From Spizellomyces punctatus DAOM BR117 (taxonomy: Eukaryota), in the NCBI GenBank assembly GCA_000182565.2, contig KQ257460.1: a stretch of DNA of 64,000 bases, one strand, 5' to 3'. Under the pieces are notes generated by a model, which made no database searches, was not told where the DNA came from, and was given only the letters and a program-made list of their open reading frames with translations. Within the stretch, counting starts at the first letter, position 1. Each line of letters opens with the position of its first letter. A program made the position numbers and the translations under genes. This document shows positions 13,423 to 26,477 of the stretch, piece by piece.

Positions 13423-15477
13423 TTATGGTATCTTTGTCTCCTTGGGTGGTGTCCCAGTGATATCCTCCTCCCGAGCATGCTGGTGCCTAAACGTCGAGTT
13501 CCATCTCTGAAACACGCCGGTATCAGTCGCTTGGGCATCCATAGACATGCAGCGTCGTTGCGGGAACCATTTCTTACTTCCAAACAGCCCGAGTGTGCTC
13601 AGATGATCTCGGGCGAGTTCTTCTGCAACATTGGAATCGCTTTCAGATGACGCGGGGACTTCGCCTTCGACGCTCCAGACTGAGCTGTGGTGGCTGCCGC
13701 TGCCGGTAAGCGGAAGGATTCCGCGTGAGCGGCCGCTAGAGAGGCTTCGGCTAGTCTTGTAACGGTGTTTGATACCCCTTCGTGCCGCAATATAATTGTC
13801 AAAGGCCTGCGGGATTTCAATAGTTCCTGCAGCAAGACTCAATCTCCGCCCTCTGGACACCGCTATTTCGTCGGATTTGTTGGGAGGGGGTTGGGCCGGT
13901 CGAACAGAGGCACCCATGCTTTCCCATTTTGCTCGATTCCCAATGAGGTTTTCGACAAAGGGTCGCATGGACGGCAGCAATTCGCCAAGAACTTCGAAAT
14001 AGGGTCTGGCAACGTATTCATTGAAGTCAAAGCCTATCTGAACCGGATTCGTGGTTTCGCGGTCCATATTGGGGGAGACGGGGAGGTTCATCTTCTTTTC
14101 TTGTTCTCCTTGGAGGAAAAACTCTTCGACGACCATGTCGGACCAGCGCTTGCATATTGCGTAAGGTCTTGCGGCATTGCTAATGTCTGACGACGTGCAA
14201 AGAGAATGAGTACAAAAATGACAAGTTGAAGTGCATTGCACATACACACCTGCAGCATGGAGTAGGACATTGATCATCTGCTGTCTCTGATCTTTGCTCA
14301 AAAGTAGACTTGTCCTTCTCGCGACACTCGGACGTTGACTACCGACACTATCGCTCGATACCGACGATATCCGTGGAATGGTATTCACGCTCTCTGCCGA
14401 CGCATTTATATGCGATGGCGTTCTTGCCCCATTGTCCCCTGTGCTCTCCCTCTGTTCTGGTTTTGTTAGAACCACCCCACGGTCCTCGTCATCGCTATAT
14501 AAGTCTTCCTCGCTTGGTGATGGCGAGCCAATAACGGCCTCGGTCGTGCAGCTCAACTTGTCCAAAAGCCCGAAATGATGGCACATGTCCGTGTTTAATA
14601 TTGCCTCCAAGGTGATCTTTTGAACAAGCGCAGCAGGATCCTTGATATTTTCTCCAAATTCGCCGTAGGAAAGCGTGCGCAGAAAGGTGTGCTTTTGCAA
14701 GAGGTATTGTACGTGGTCGCATGATTGCATCTCGAGGACAGATTTGAAGTTGAATCGCTGAGCAAGCTCGGTTCGCGCGTTTATCTGCGGGGCCCAAGAA
14801 TGAAGTGAGTGTGATTGTCACGATACCAGTCTTTAACGGAATACGCACATGGTACAAGTTGTTCAAACCGGGATGCAACACATCATGCGTCAAAGCGGCA
14901 ATGAGCAGCGCAACAAACTCTACCGACGTAAATCCCAACTCCTCCGCCAACGCCAGGTCGGCCAAAATCCAATACACCATGTATGTTACATCCGCAGCGT
15001 GGAGGAAGGAGTGGTACGGATTGTCCTGGTAGCCATTTGCAACGTCCACGACAAAGTCCAATAAGCTTGCAAAAGTCTGTGAGTCTGGTACCAAGCCATG
15101 CTTGACAAACATGCCCAAAATAAGTCCATAGAGTTCTTCAGACAAAAAAGTTAGACCCTGTGTCGCGATGCCCTTTAACGGAATGGCTCCGACATACCTG
15201 GCTTTGACCATTCCCAGACTTGAAAGTCCATTCCCAGACCGTCAATATTCCCGCGGACGAACTCCTCCACCACCTGTAATGGGAATGTGTCAAATCATGA
15301 ACCGCGGGAGTGAATTGCAGTCACCGTCGTTAATACCCTGTACACTGTTTCCAAGTCATCTGCATCCAGTAATGTGGATTGAGAGAGGTTTAGAGTCTCA
15401 ATGGGAACATGAGGACCATCGAACGTAAGTGGAGAGGAAATCAGTGACGGCGGAGGCGGCGGAGGCAAAGAAGCCAT
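13423..15477 (-). CDS. Class I 3',5'-cyclic nucleotide phosphodiesterase (HD/PDEase_I domain)
   Basis: NPYHSFLHAADV, HDVLHPGLNN, ILNTDMCHH, HAA|DISN, EEFFLQGEQEK, QIGF motifs across exons. Confidence 0.92.
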
Positions 15478-15707
15478 GGAAGAGCGGAGTGGAATGAGAG
15501 GCGCCAGGGTAGCAAACGTCCAACTAGAAAAAGAGCTAGTGTAGTATGCAGAGACAAGCAATTGCCAGAAGCAGCTGGGAATGGCCAAAGGACCCAAAAA
15601 CTCTTGGATGGAGAGTATGTGTGCAAAAAGAAAAATGGGTATGAAATGCGTTCTGGACGAGAGAGTTGGGAGGGAGCGCCAAAAATTCAATGGGGAAATG
15701 AATGGGC

Positions 15708-15728
15708 GTGTGTGTGTGTGTGTGTGTG
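15708..15728. repeat. (GT)n microsatellite
   Basis: About 10 GT units visible. Confidence 0.9.
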
Positions 15729-17009
15729 TTGTGTTTTCATTGCGCGCGCCCGTCTCCCAACGTTTCTTTTTTTGTTTTCCAAAACACTCTTTATCATGCA
15801 GTGTTCACCTACTTTTCATTCGTATGCAGACTCTTGTCCAGTTGGAGGAGGAACCAGAGCACATACATTCCTGCAAAGGAGAGAGATGTGGAGGGATATA
15901 ATGTCTAATTGCATAGGACTAGAAGATGCTACCACATGACTGTTTATGGGAGATGGTCAACTTTGGAAATGATTGCTTTAAGACTGATTGAGCTTTTGCC
16001 GGCGCAAAAGCAGCGATAAGTAACATGGTCATCTCCTCTAATTCAACGTATCAAAAAGCCTTCATCTTTCCAACTCCCTCCTTGTCGACCTGGAAGATTC
16101 AAAAAGGCGACGCTGCGCAGTTGCATGAGCAGTTGTAATCACTGGATGGAATGCACTGGATTCATCCACTATCTCCACTAACGCCCATCCTCCCCAGCAC
16201 GCATCGTACAGAAAGGAAGATGTCGCCCACGGAGAGCAACGTCCTTGAATAGTCTTGTCGCCTTGTCACTGCGTATAGCCTCACAGATTTCATTGACATT
16301 CCACTAATGGCAGAAAGACATCGCTGGGTATGCTAGGGTGCTGTAGCAAGCGGAGATGCAGTCTCTTGTACCGATCCCAAACAAGTAGATGGAGATTGTA
16401 AACTTTCATTGCTACCTCCTACTTGCTCAAAACGTTCACGCCCTTTTCTGAACTGTATATTCTGGCGTTTGCATGCGCAACATTCAAAGAGTCCGTGTGC
16501 AAGTCACGTGTTATTATCTCCTTCACGTGTTCGTCTGAATGGATAGCAACATTTTTATCCTTGGAGTGTGATTGGATTGCATTCCACTCAACTCTCGCTT
16601 TTTTTTTTCTCCTGGTTTTTTTCGTCTCGTCCCCGTCGCGGATATAAAAAGGGAGTGGACGAGTCGCCCCCCCGCTTTTTTTTTCTTCTTTTTTTGCGTT
16701 AGCCAGCGGGTTTCCCTTCCTTCCGTCCCATTGTCCCCACACCCCCGTCTGCTGTCCGGTCTTATTTTTATCGAGGAATTTTGGGTATCTGTTCGGTAAG
16801 TAGTCAACGAGCGACGACGACGAAGAACTGCAGTCAATGGCGGTGTCCCCACCGTTTTGGCGCAGTTTTTTTTTTGCAGTCTGCTACAGGTATATAAAGA
16901 GTTTCCTTTCACTCACTTTTTCCTCTTGTTCCTGTTTGTTATTTTAGACTTAGAACATTTATAGAAGAGTCCTTGTTTTCTTCGTTTTATTCTTATTATC
17001 ATACCACAA

Positions 17010-20000
17010 ATGGCTGCAAAGGCTGACCCAAAGACCGCGACTCTTGTCGGCGACCTCCTCAACACCCTCACCACCGCTGCGACCTCGGATGAGCGACGGA
17101 CCGCTGCCAAAGACTTGGCTGGTATCGTCAAGACGGCCGGCGCGCGCGTCGGTCTCACCCAGTACGGTATCTTGGACGCTTTGAAAACCGCATCCGAGCA
17201 CAAGAAAAGCGCTGGAGCACGTGAAGGCTCGGTGCTCGCAATTACCGCCTTTGTAGAGGCCCTCGGTCACACTGCGGAACCTTACCTCGTTTCCCAACTT
17301 CCCCTCGTCATTGAGCTATTTGGTGACAAGGACAAGGATGTCCGTGCCGCTGCCGAAGAAGCTGGTGATGCGCTCTTCAAGCTTCCTGGACGGTTCTCTG
17401 TCCGTCTCCTGGTTCCTCTCCTCCTCTCCCAGCTCACAAACGAGAAAAAGTGGCAAACAAAGGTCGCTGCCCTAAAATACCTCGGCCGGATGTCTGAGCA
17501 CTCGGCAAGCCAAGTATGCGCTTGCTTGCCTGAGATCCTTCCCGTCGTCTCAACATGCATGTGGGACACAAAGCCTGAAGTCCAGGTTGCCGCCAAGGAG
17601 GCCATGACACAGGTTACTGGAACCATTGACAACATTGATATTATTCCTTTCTTGCCCTCATTGATTGGATGTATCGCCGACCCCGACGAAGTGCCAGAAT
17701 GCGTGTTCAAGCTCGCTGCTACCACTTTCGTGACTGAAGTTCAAGCTCCCACCCTTGCCATCATGGGTCCTCTTCTCACTCGTGGTCTTTCCGAGCGCAA
17801 GCCCGCTGTGCTCCGTCAAACTTGTGTCATTATTGACAACATGTGTAAGCTCGTTGAGAACCCCGCCGAGGCACATCAGTTCTTGCCTCCTCTTCTGCCC
17901 GGTATCGAACGTATCATTGACGTGCAGGCCGATCCTGAACTTCGTGCTGTGGCTGCCCGTGCGAAGGCCACCCTCATTCGTGTCGGTGGTGGTGCCGACG
18001 TTGAGACTGAGGACCCAGAGACTGTAGCCAAACGCAAGGCCGACGCGCACCAGGAGGTCCTTGACACCTTGAAAAAGACCATCAAGGACGTTACTGGTGG
18101 TGAAGTTGATACTCAGACGCTCGAGTACGTGGCTGCCCACATTGAGGCCATGTATGACACACGCATCTTCAACACCCCCGACTGGCACGGTGCCACTGTC
18201 GCGTTCATTGCCCCTTTCGTCGGTGAAGAAAAGGCCAAGGCTCTTGCCAAGCCCTTGCTTGTTCACTACCAGGCCTTGGACAAACTTCGTCAAAAGGATG
18301 CCAAGCAAGAAGATCTGGAGGAAGGCGAAGAACTTTGCAACTGCGAATTCTCTCTTGCGTACGGTGGTATGATTCTGCTCAACAACACCAAGCTTCGATT
18401 GGTCCGTGGTCAACGTTACGGTCTCTGCGGTCCCAACGGTGTCGGAAAGTCCACGCTTATGCGTGCCATCGCAAACGGCCAGTTGGAAGGTTTCCCTCCA
18501 GCCGATGAGTTGAAGACGGTCTTTGTCGAGCACACCCTCCAAGCTGAGGATGCTGACTTGTCCGTGCTCGACTTTGTCCTTGCTGACCCCAAGATGATGG
18601 AGAAGAAGGACGAAGTTGTCAGCACTTTGAAGAGCGTCGGCTTTAACGACGAGCGTCTCGCTCAGGCCGTCGGTTCCCTTTCTGGTGGTTGGAAGATGAA
18701 GCTCGAGCTTGCTCGTGCCATGTTGGAGAATGCCGATATTCTTCTTCTTGACGAACCTACAAACCATCTTGATGTGACCAACGTACAGTGGTTGGTGGAC
18801 TACCTGACCAACCTCCCCAACGTGACCTCGATGATTGTCTCTCACGACTCCAAATTCTTGGACAATGTTTGCACCAACATTATCCATTATGAGAACCGCA
18901 AACTCAAGACCTACCGTGGTAACTTGTCCAAATTTGTTGAGCAGCGTCCCGAGGCAAAGTCCTACTACGAACTCTCTGCCGCTACCGTAAAGTTCAAGTT
19001 CCCCGAGCCTGGATTCCTTGAAGGTATCAAGTCCAAGGACAAGGCGATCTTGAAGATGATTGGCGTCAACTTCACCTACCCCGGTGGCTCCAAGCCTACA
19101 CTTACTGGCATCTCATTGCAATGCTCTCTCAACTCTCGTGTTGCCGTCATTGGTCCCAACGGTGCTGGTAAATCTACCATGATCAAGCTCCTGACTGGTG
19201 AGCTCGTCGCCGACTCTGGTGACGTCTGGAAGCACCCCAACCTTCGTGTCGCCTACGTGGCCCAGCACGCCTTCCATCACGTTGAGCAGCATCTCGACAA
19301 GACTCCCAACGAGTACATTCGTTGGCGTTACCAGTACGGAGAGGACAAGGAATCCCTCATCAAGGCTGCCCGTCAGTTGACTCCCGAGGAGGAGGCTGCG
19401 CTCAAGAAGCCCATTACCATTGAAGGCGAGAAGCGTCTCTTTGAGGAAATCATGGGTCGTCGTAAGGCCAAGCGCTCATACGAGTACGAAGTCAAGTGGA
19501 TGAACCGTTCCCACGATGACAACACATGGCACTCTCGCGACCGTCTCGAGGACTGGGGTTTCGAAAAGATGGTCCAATGGTTTGATGAAAAGGAGGCAGC
19601 CAAGGAGGGTATGTACGCCCGTCCCTTGACTCAAAAGGGAGTCGAGCAGCACCTCAACGATGTCGGTTTGCAACCCGAGTTTGCTACCCACAGCCGTATC
19701 CGTGGTTTGTCTGGAGGACAAAAGGTCAAGGTTGTCCTTGGAGCGGCCATGTGGAACAACCCCCACATGTTGGTTCTTGATGAGCCTACCAACTATCTGG
19801 ACCGTGATTCCCTTGGTGCTCTTGCTGGTGCCATTCAAGACTTTGGCGGAGGTGTCGTTATCATTTCTCACAACCGCGAGTTCACTGGTGCGATTTGCCC
19901 CGAAGTGTGGAACGTTGATGCTGGAAAGCTTTCCATCACTGGTGCTAAGCGTGACATGCCCATTGAGAAGATTGAGTTGAAGGAAGCCGAGACTGTTACT

Positions 20001-20138
20001 GACGCTTTTGGCAACGTGAGCAAGGTGAAGTCCAAGAGAAAGCTTACCCGCAAGGAATTGAAGGCAAAGGAGAAGCGTCGTGCCCTCAAAATCAAGAACG
20101 GAGAGCCCCTTTCCGAATCAGACGAAGATGACTTTTAG
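17010..20138 (+). CDS. YEF3: Translation elongation factor 3 (eEF3), ABCF-type ATPase
   Basis: Intronless 1042-aa ORF: HEAT N-terminus, LCNCEFSLAYGG, two ABC cassettes (GPNGVGKST/LSGGWKMKL; GPNGAGKST/LSGGQKVK), chromodomain-like insert (YEYEVKW), basic C-tail; strong codon bias. Confidence 0.97.
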   Translation: MAAKADPKTATLVGDLLNTLTTAATSDERRTAAKDLAGIVKTAGARVGLTQYGILDALKTASEHKKSAGAREGSVLAITAFVEALGHTAEPYLVSQLPLVIELFGDKDKDVRAAAEEAGDALFKLPGRFSVRLLVPLLLSQLTNEKKWQTKVAALKYLGRMSEHSASQVCACLPEILPVVSTCMWDTKPEVQVAAKEAMTQVTGTIDNIDIIPFLPSLIGCIADPDEVPECVFKLAATTFVTEVQAPTLAIMGPLLTRGLSERKPAVLRQTCVIIDNMCKLVENPAEAHQFLPPLLPGIERIIDVQADPELRAVAARAKATLIRVGGGADVETEDPETVAKRKADAHQEVLDTLKKTIKDVTGGEVDTQTLEYVAAHIEAMYDTRIFNTPDWHGATVAFIAPFVGEEKAKALAKPLLVHYQALDKLRQKDAKQEDLEEGEELCNCEFSLAYGGMILLNNTKLRLVRGQRYGLCGPNGVGKSTLMRAIANGQLEGFPPADELKTVFVEHTLQAEDADLSVLDFVLADPKMMEKKDEVVSTLKSVGFNDERLAQAVGSLSGGWKMKLELARAMLENADILLLDEPTNHLDVTNVQWLVDYLTNLPNVTSMIVSHDSKFLDNVCTNIIHYENRKLKTYRGNLSKFVEQRPEAKSYYELSAATVKFKFPEPGFLEGIKSKDKAILKMIGVNFTYPGGSKPTLTGISLQCSLNSRVAVIGPNGAGKSTMIKLLTGELVADSGDVWKHPNLRVAYVAQHAFHHVEQHLDKTPNEYIRWRYQYGEDKESLIKAARQLTPEEEAALKKPITIEGEKRLFEEIMGRRKAKRSYEYEVKWMNRSHDDNTWHSRDRLEDWGFEKMVQWFDEKEAAKEGMYARPLTQKGVEQHLNDVGLQPEFATHSRIRGLSGGQKVKVVLGAAMWNNPHMLVLDEPTNYLDRDSLGALAGAIQDFGGGVVIISHNREFTGAICPEVWNVDAGKLSITGAKRDMPIEKIELKEAETVTDAFGNVSKVKSKRKLTRKELKAKEKRRALKIKNGEPLSESDEDDF

Positions 20139-20667
20139 ATTTTAGTTGATATATTTTGATTTTGTTTTTTTTTTTCTTGTTTTATTTAAATATTTTGTCA
20201 GAATAAATCATTTTGTTTGACGTATGCAAAGGTCATCTGTGTTATTAAAGAGATAAAGGGGAGAATCTATAAAGTTTTGCGGGTCTGTTTTCTATAAGAA
20301 ATTCCACCAGAGCAAGACTTCCATCATGTTGGCAATGGACCAACTCTTGGTGTTGGGGCTGTGGATGCAGAGAGATGGCTGGCACTAGGAAGGATAAATC
20401 GTATGAGTCGCTGTTCTGATAGATCAAAGTATTATGTTCTCGTTCACAGATTACAGATTGTGTTTCTTCTCCTTGACTTTTGGTTGTTGTTCATCTTGCC
20501 CTCGTCGTTGAGGTTGATAAACTGTCGTTTAAGAAAAGGATCAACGGGAGAAAGGGGCTTTTTGATTACATGTATTGGGACGATCGGGTGGCCGGACAGG
20601 CACGCGTCACTTCCAGCGACTTTAAACCCCATCAAATGCCGGCTGTTGGCTGCAGGAGAAGCGGAAC

Positions 20668-22714
20668 ATGATGCTCCTGAGATCCAGACAAGCCCTCCTA
20701 TTTTATTCCCCAACATTGCTGTGCGTACGAACATCCGTATCATGGACTGCAGGACGCTTTCTCTCGACACGCATTGTGCCGTCTTTCATCCCACGCACGA
20801 CACTTTCGAGTCGCATGGTGTCGACGGTACGTTCTTCCGCCGTATCGATATCCACTTTAAAAAAGGGATTCCATCGGTATCGGCTCTCAATATGGGGTCT
20901 CAGTGGAGTGGGGTGCCTCTGTTTTCTTCCTGTAATATACACCGCAGAGCAGGATAATGTCTCTTCCTCCATACCCGCTGTCATTGAAGAAGCTCCCCGA
21001 CCCGTAACAACAACACCGCTTTGGAAATCACCATTAACACTCCTCCGACTCTGCTGGCGCATTGTAGTGCTCGCATTCTTTTTTGCCCCTGTTGTTATCA
21101 CGTTTCCTGTTTGGTGGTATATGAACCGGCAGAGGATTGCGAGAGGGGGGAGGGGCGAGGATGGGGGGGTGAGACTTTGGTGGGTGAGATTATGCGCATG
21201 GGCTTTGGAGAGGTGTGGACCCTTTTTTATAAAGGTTTGTACTTATTTCATGTGAAGGACAGTGTTGGATGAAGTGTGTGAACTCATCAGACTCACCCTT
21301 GACTTTGGCATTGTGCTAGCTGGGACAATGGACTAGCTCCCGGACCGACCTGATTCCTCCCGAAATCTGCGCCGTCTTTGCTCGTCTCCAGAACCGTGTG
21401 ACACCCCACCCGTTTTCCGCAACCCGATCGGCTGTCCAAGCCCTCTACAACAACGTACCGCTCGATGATATTTTTATTGAATTTGATGTAGATCCTATTG
21501 GTGTTGGTGCGGTCGCCCAAGTTCACCGCGCGGTTCTCAACCCCACAGATACGTCTCCACCCATTGAATGCGCCATCAAAGTCCTTCACCCTAACGTAGA
21601 AGAACAAGTATCGATCGACCTGGCCCTTCTCGCCGCCTTTGGTGCCTTTCTGAACCTCTTTCCTGCCGCCAAGTACCTCTCCATCCCAGAGGAAATCGCC
21701 ACCTTTGATCACATGATGCGGGATCAAATGGACATGACCATTGAAGCTCGAAATCTGGACATCTTTCGGGAGAACTTTGAGGGGCAAGATGAGAAGGGGC
21801 GGAGAAGGGGAGTGGCGAATGTCACTTTTCCAAAGCCACTCAAGGCATCTCGACGAGTTTTGGTCGAAACATTTCATCATGGGTTGTTGCTGAGGAGTTT
21901 GTTGGATAATGGGCCGACACCGTACGATGCCCAACTCGCTCTTATTGGAGTTTCGGCATTCATGGTAGGCTTGATAAACATTCACTTTCTTTTCCTGTTG
22001 ACCTACTAACCGACCATAACAACAAACAACTATTAGCAAATGATCCTCAAAGACAACTTTTACCACTGCGACCTCCACCCTGGCAACATCCTCATCACTT
22101 TTTCGCGCACCCCCTCCTCACCCAGCATGGCTCAAAAAGCCGGGGCATGGCTCACAACCAAAATAGACCCCACCAAAGACGCCAAAACCCAATCACTCTT
22201 CCATCCTCAAACTCTTGCGCGCGACGCATTGGACAACCTTGCTCGTGCACCATCGGATGCGTGGAAATCGATTCTCCAGCGGATGGTGAATGAAGGATAT
22301 GAGCCTCAGGTTGTGCTCCTGGACGCGGGGATCGTGTCCAGCCTGAGTCCAAAGAACATGGATAATGTTAAGGAATCATTTCGAGCTGGTTTGGAATACG
22401 ATGGGGCTCGCATTGCAGAATTGCTCTTGACGCGATGTAAAGATCCTGACAATGTGCGGGACCCTGAAGGAGCAAAGGAAACACTGCGTGTCATTATGGA
22501 TGACTTGAAAATGGACGCGGGCGGCCGGCTCCCACTGTCCAGGATTCATACCGCAAAGGTCATTGCGCGGGTTGCCACATTGTTGAGGGATCATCGGATT
22601 GGATTGGATGGAGAGTTTGTTGGGCTTTTTGTTTGTTCTGTAATTATTGAGGGGGTTGGGAGAAAGTTAGATGCCGATATGGACTTATTGGAGCCTTTGG
22701 CCGAGTATCTATGA
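20668..22714 (+). CDS. ABC1/UbiB-family atypical kinase (ADCK2/Cqd1-like), probably mitochondrial, 3 exons
   Basis: GPFFIK|LGQW..SRTDL, PIGVGAVAQVHRA, AIKVLHP, EARNL, HCDLHPGNIL, LDAGIV, EGVGRKLD; Arg/Leu/Ser-rich N-terminus. Confidence 0.9.
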
Positions 22715-22894
22715 ACGTGAAATGGGGTGGTCACAAATAAGTGGATGGCCAATAGACAACGCCAACCTATTTACTATCATCAACAAATTACGATGAACTT
22801 TGGAAAAACAATATAATTGGATCCTAGTAACACGGTCAACCTATATCCCTTTCTCATGCAATGTACGCAACCTGCCATGTGCGTGCGCGTACAA

Positions 22895-25800
22895 CTAGAC
22901 AAAAACACCATCCACAAACTGCGCGTAATCATATCCTTCGCCGCGGGCTGGCATGGCTTGCTTGAGGTACTCGACGAGGGCAGGCGCAAGACCGCCACGG
23001 TAGAGATCGGCCTCGGTAATGTACGGCTATAGGAAAAGATTACCGTGTGTAGTTAGATCTTTGTCGGATTTCCAATCGACAGTCGGCATGTTTCTCACCT
23101 TGTCACCCGCAAGGGTCTGGAACGAGACCTTGAGTTGCTCAGGATTGGCGCGATCTTCTTGTTGAGCTTTCATGAAATCGATAAACTGCTCAAAAGAAAC
23201 TTCCTCGCCACCGCGTACGGCGGTCTGGAAGAGATTCTCAAACGTCGTGTCCTGTTTTACGTAGAAATGATTACCATGATAGAAAGGACGGCTAAGATAT
23301 ACACATGGCATACTCGAGGTACTCACGTCGAAATCTGTACCCTCTGCTTGCAGTGCAGACTTGAATTCTTCACGTTTCAAGGAATTGGAGTTATCCACAT
23401 CACACAAGCGGAAGGTCTGCAACATGAAAGCATCAATATACTCGTCACAGTTATAATATCAAAGCAGCGTCAAGAACCCCCACCTCTGTAAATTCTTCCA
23501 GCTGCTCAGGGGTGATGTTTGTTTTGGTTCTCGCGACCATTTGGTTTTCGATGAATGCAGACTTTTTGACCACAGATTGAGTGAGAAGGCCGAAATCAAA
23601 GGACAGGTCTTCAACCGAGTAGATCGTGAACCTGAATTAAAAGATTGTCAACCGAAAAAACGGTTATATACTCTTGTCATTTTTCGTAGCAACTCACTCA
23701 TTGTCTGCATGGGCAAAGTATGCATAAGTTTGTAAGCGTCATGACCGGATAAGAAGCGGCTATAACTCACCTTCAATGTGCGCCTCCATGCATTCCGCGT
23801 TCAAACGTTCAAGATCCTACAGGATGCTGAGATTAGCAAAGCACTTGCGCAAATGTGCTGCTGGGGTCCGAACCTGCAGGTCGTTCTTCAACGGCTCCAG
23901 TCTGAGAATTAATTCATGTACAGTGTCCAATTGGTTCTGCAGGGGCGCAGGCACGCGTCGTTAGAGAACATCCTTGTTGGAGCCCTTGGAATATGCTTAC
24001 GCTGAGATCACCCTCCAAATCCGTCAGCGATCCGGAAATGTTGTTCAGATTGTTTTGGAATTGGTTGGCAGCATTGGCGAACTTCTTTTTGAGGGCATCC
24101 TTTGTGCTGGGTGCAAACATGATTACTTTACAGGACTTCGGGTTGAGGGGCAGCAGCTCTTACTCTCGAATGTAGACAGTGATCGCTCGCTTTCGCCCCG
24201 CTTCGACCTCAACGAGGGAGTCCCAGCAGGTAGCTAGATCCTATATGCGACTAAATGATGAGCTAGATCATGTAAAACACAGAGCAGCCCTTTGCATACA
24301 TACCTGCAAGGTGTGTCCTTGGGGTGGCGAGTACGGTCGTAAGTTATATGTTTTCAACTTAGTTTGAATGTTTCCGAGAAGCTGAAATTACACACACGTT
24401 TCATCAAGATCAATCTTGCAATTGGATCCAAATGACATATCATACTTACACTGTCCAATTCACGCCTCTCCGCCACCCAGCCTCTCTTGGTAGTACTTTT
24501 GTACGTTTCAAACTCATGCAGCTGTCGCCTTGCGTCGCTGTATCCAGCAAAGCCAGTGCTTCCCCAAATGGATTGAATGCCGTTGATGGCGTCCATCAAA
24601 GCGCGGACGCGACGTTCATACTCGTTTTGCATTTCCCAGGCTTGTTGCATAACCTGGGACACAATGTCAATGAGATACAAGAGTATTAGTTGAAAAGACA
24701 GGGCGCCGTCTTACCACTCCCATCTGTCCAACACGTCGGCCAGCAACGCCCATTTTATCTTGAGCCGAAAAAGCGTGGAAGTACTGAGCAACATATGTCA
24801 TCACAGAGCGCTCATCGGGCTACATATTTGATGAAAATCAGATTATGCATGGTCAGGAGGTTGAAGAAAGTGGTGTACCTTGGCTACATCTACGATATCC
24901 TCGACCTCGAAGAGCTTGGGAATGCCAAGTTGCTGTTCGGCGACATCGAATGCCAATTGCGTGTTTTCGTGCCTTCGGCTCTATTACATGCGGTTGCAAT
25001 GGTTATGTTCAAGTCAGGTATACTGCTTATTACACAACAGATACGCATGCGCATACTTTGTCAAGCGCCCAATAGTCAAGCAGATCTGGACGGTGGCGGT
25101 GGATCAAACCGCACCTAAGGTTGGATGATTAGTGAAACTGGCTGGGTTCGCCACGAAATCGCATCCAAAGCTTACAATGCAAGACCGTCCTGCCAGCTGA
25201 TGAAGAACCCTGAATCAATGAAAGCCATCTAACAAATATCATGTATAGTCACAAGGTACCTGAAGGTGAAATCTTTGATATGGAAATCGGATGCATAGGG
25301 TGCGGTCCTTCGTTGACACCATAAAAGAAGACCTTGTTCGAGTCCAGTGAATAACTAGCTCGCTTGGTTCCGGTTCGTCGAAGCATATGGAATAATTCAT
25401 ACCTTCTTTCGCGGAAAGCCCCTCTTCACTGATTTCCGAAATGGTAAATCGAAGAATGATAGTCCAAATAAGACCGAGAATGAGCTTTACGTTGGCATCA
25501 ACAATGTCCTAATACATTGAATAGCGTAAGCCGGTTAGATGGCAGTGCCAATTCAAGCATCAGCCAGCTACGATACCTCAGCTCCAATATTAGTGAGATT
25601 GACTCCACGCCTCCGGATAAACTCCAGTGCCTTGTTCATGTTCTCAACCTTCTGGATGCGGAGCTTCGGATTCTTGTTGTATCTTCCCAGCGATTCATCG
25701 CCAATGATTTCTGTGTGCGCATAAGGATGAGTCCACATATATGTATGGAAACCGAACGCGGTGCGAATCGGTTAGTATTAGTGCACACCTAAGAGCTGAA

Positions 25801-26011
25801 TGAGTTTCTCGCCGGTGCACAAGTCTGTGTCAAGGTTCTCGAGTGGTGCAACGTCCTTTTGCTTCAGCTGATTGTTTATCCAATTTGTGAAAGCTGCAAA
25901 GATACAGTAAAATCCCATTAATGAGGACGTCCAATAACGGCTTTATGCGATATTTCGCTGGGCGTTAGACAACTTACTTTTCTTTTGGATATTCTCCCAC
26001 GTCTTATCCAT
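22895..26011 (-). CDS. ain1: Alpha-actinin (2 CH domains, spectrin repeats, EF-hand region), many exons
   Basis: [60 protein letters not shown]; stop TAG ending at 22895. Confidence 0.92.
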
Positions 26012-26477
26012 AACGCTAAGAAGATAACGGGTTGGAGACGGCCACCTATGTCAAGTCTGGCTTCAAGCAATAATTTATCGTTTTTCATACCGAACATTGT
26101 CCTCTACCACTTGCTGCGACGCTTTGCTTGGCGCAAAGCCATCGGTAGGTGAACGCCATGACATTTTGGGTGATTTTGGTTGCTTTTTAGTAAGAAAAGC
26201 GCGAGGAAATGGTGTTCAGATCGGTTGAGATGACGGGCAAACAGCTAGCGTCAAGTTCAAACACCGCCGCTGATGATGCAGTCGCTGGGTGGCCCAGATA
26301 TCACAATGTTCACGTGTCGCACATCAAACTGGGCAGAGTGCAAGCAGCATTCCAAGCAACCCCATCGACATTCACTGTTCCTCCACAGGAGATCTGAGTA
26401 CTTTACGGTGGTAACACGACGTGTGGTAGCTGACTGCGGCGAACGACTTTTCGGGGCTATTCCATGAAGGACCGACC

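Noticed and set aside
17658..18887. 409-aa antisense ORF within eEF3
   Set aside because: Expected shadow of strong codon bias on the sense strand; no independent motifs.
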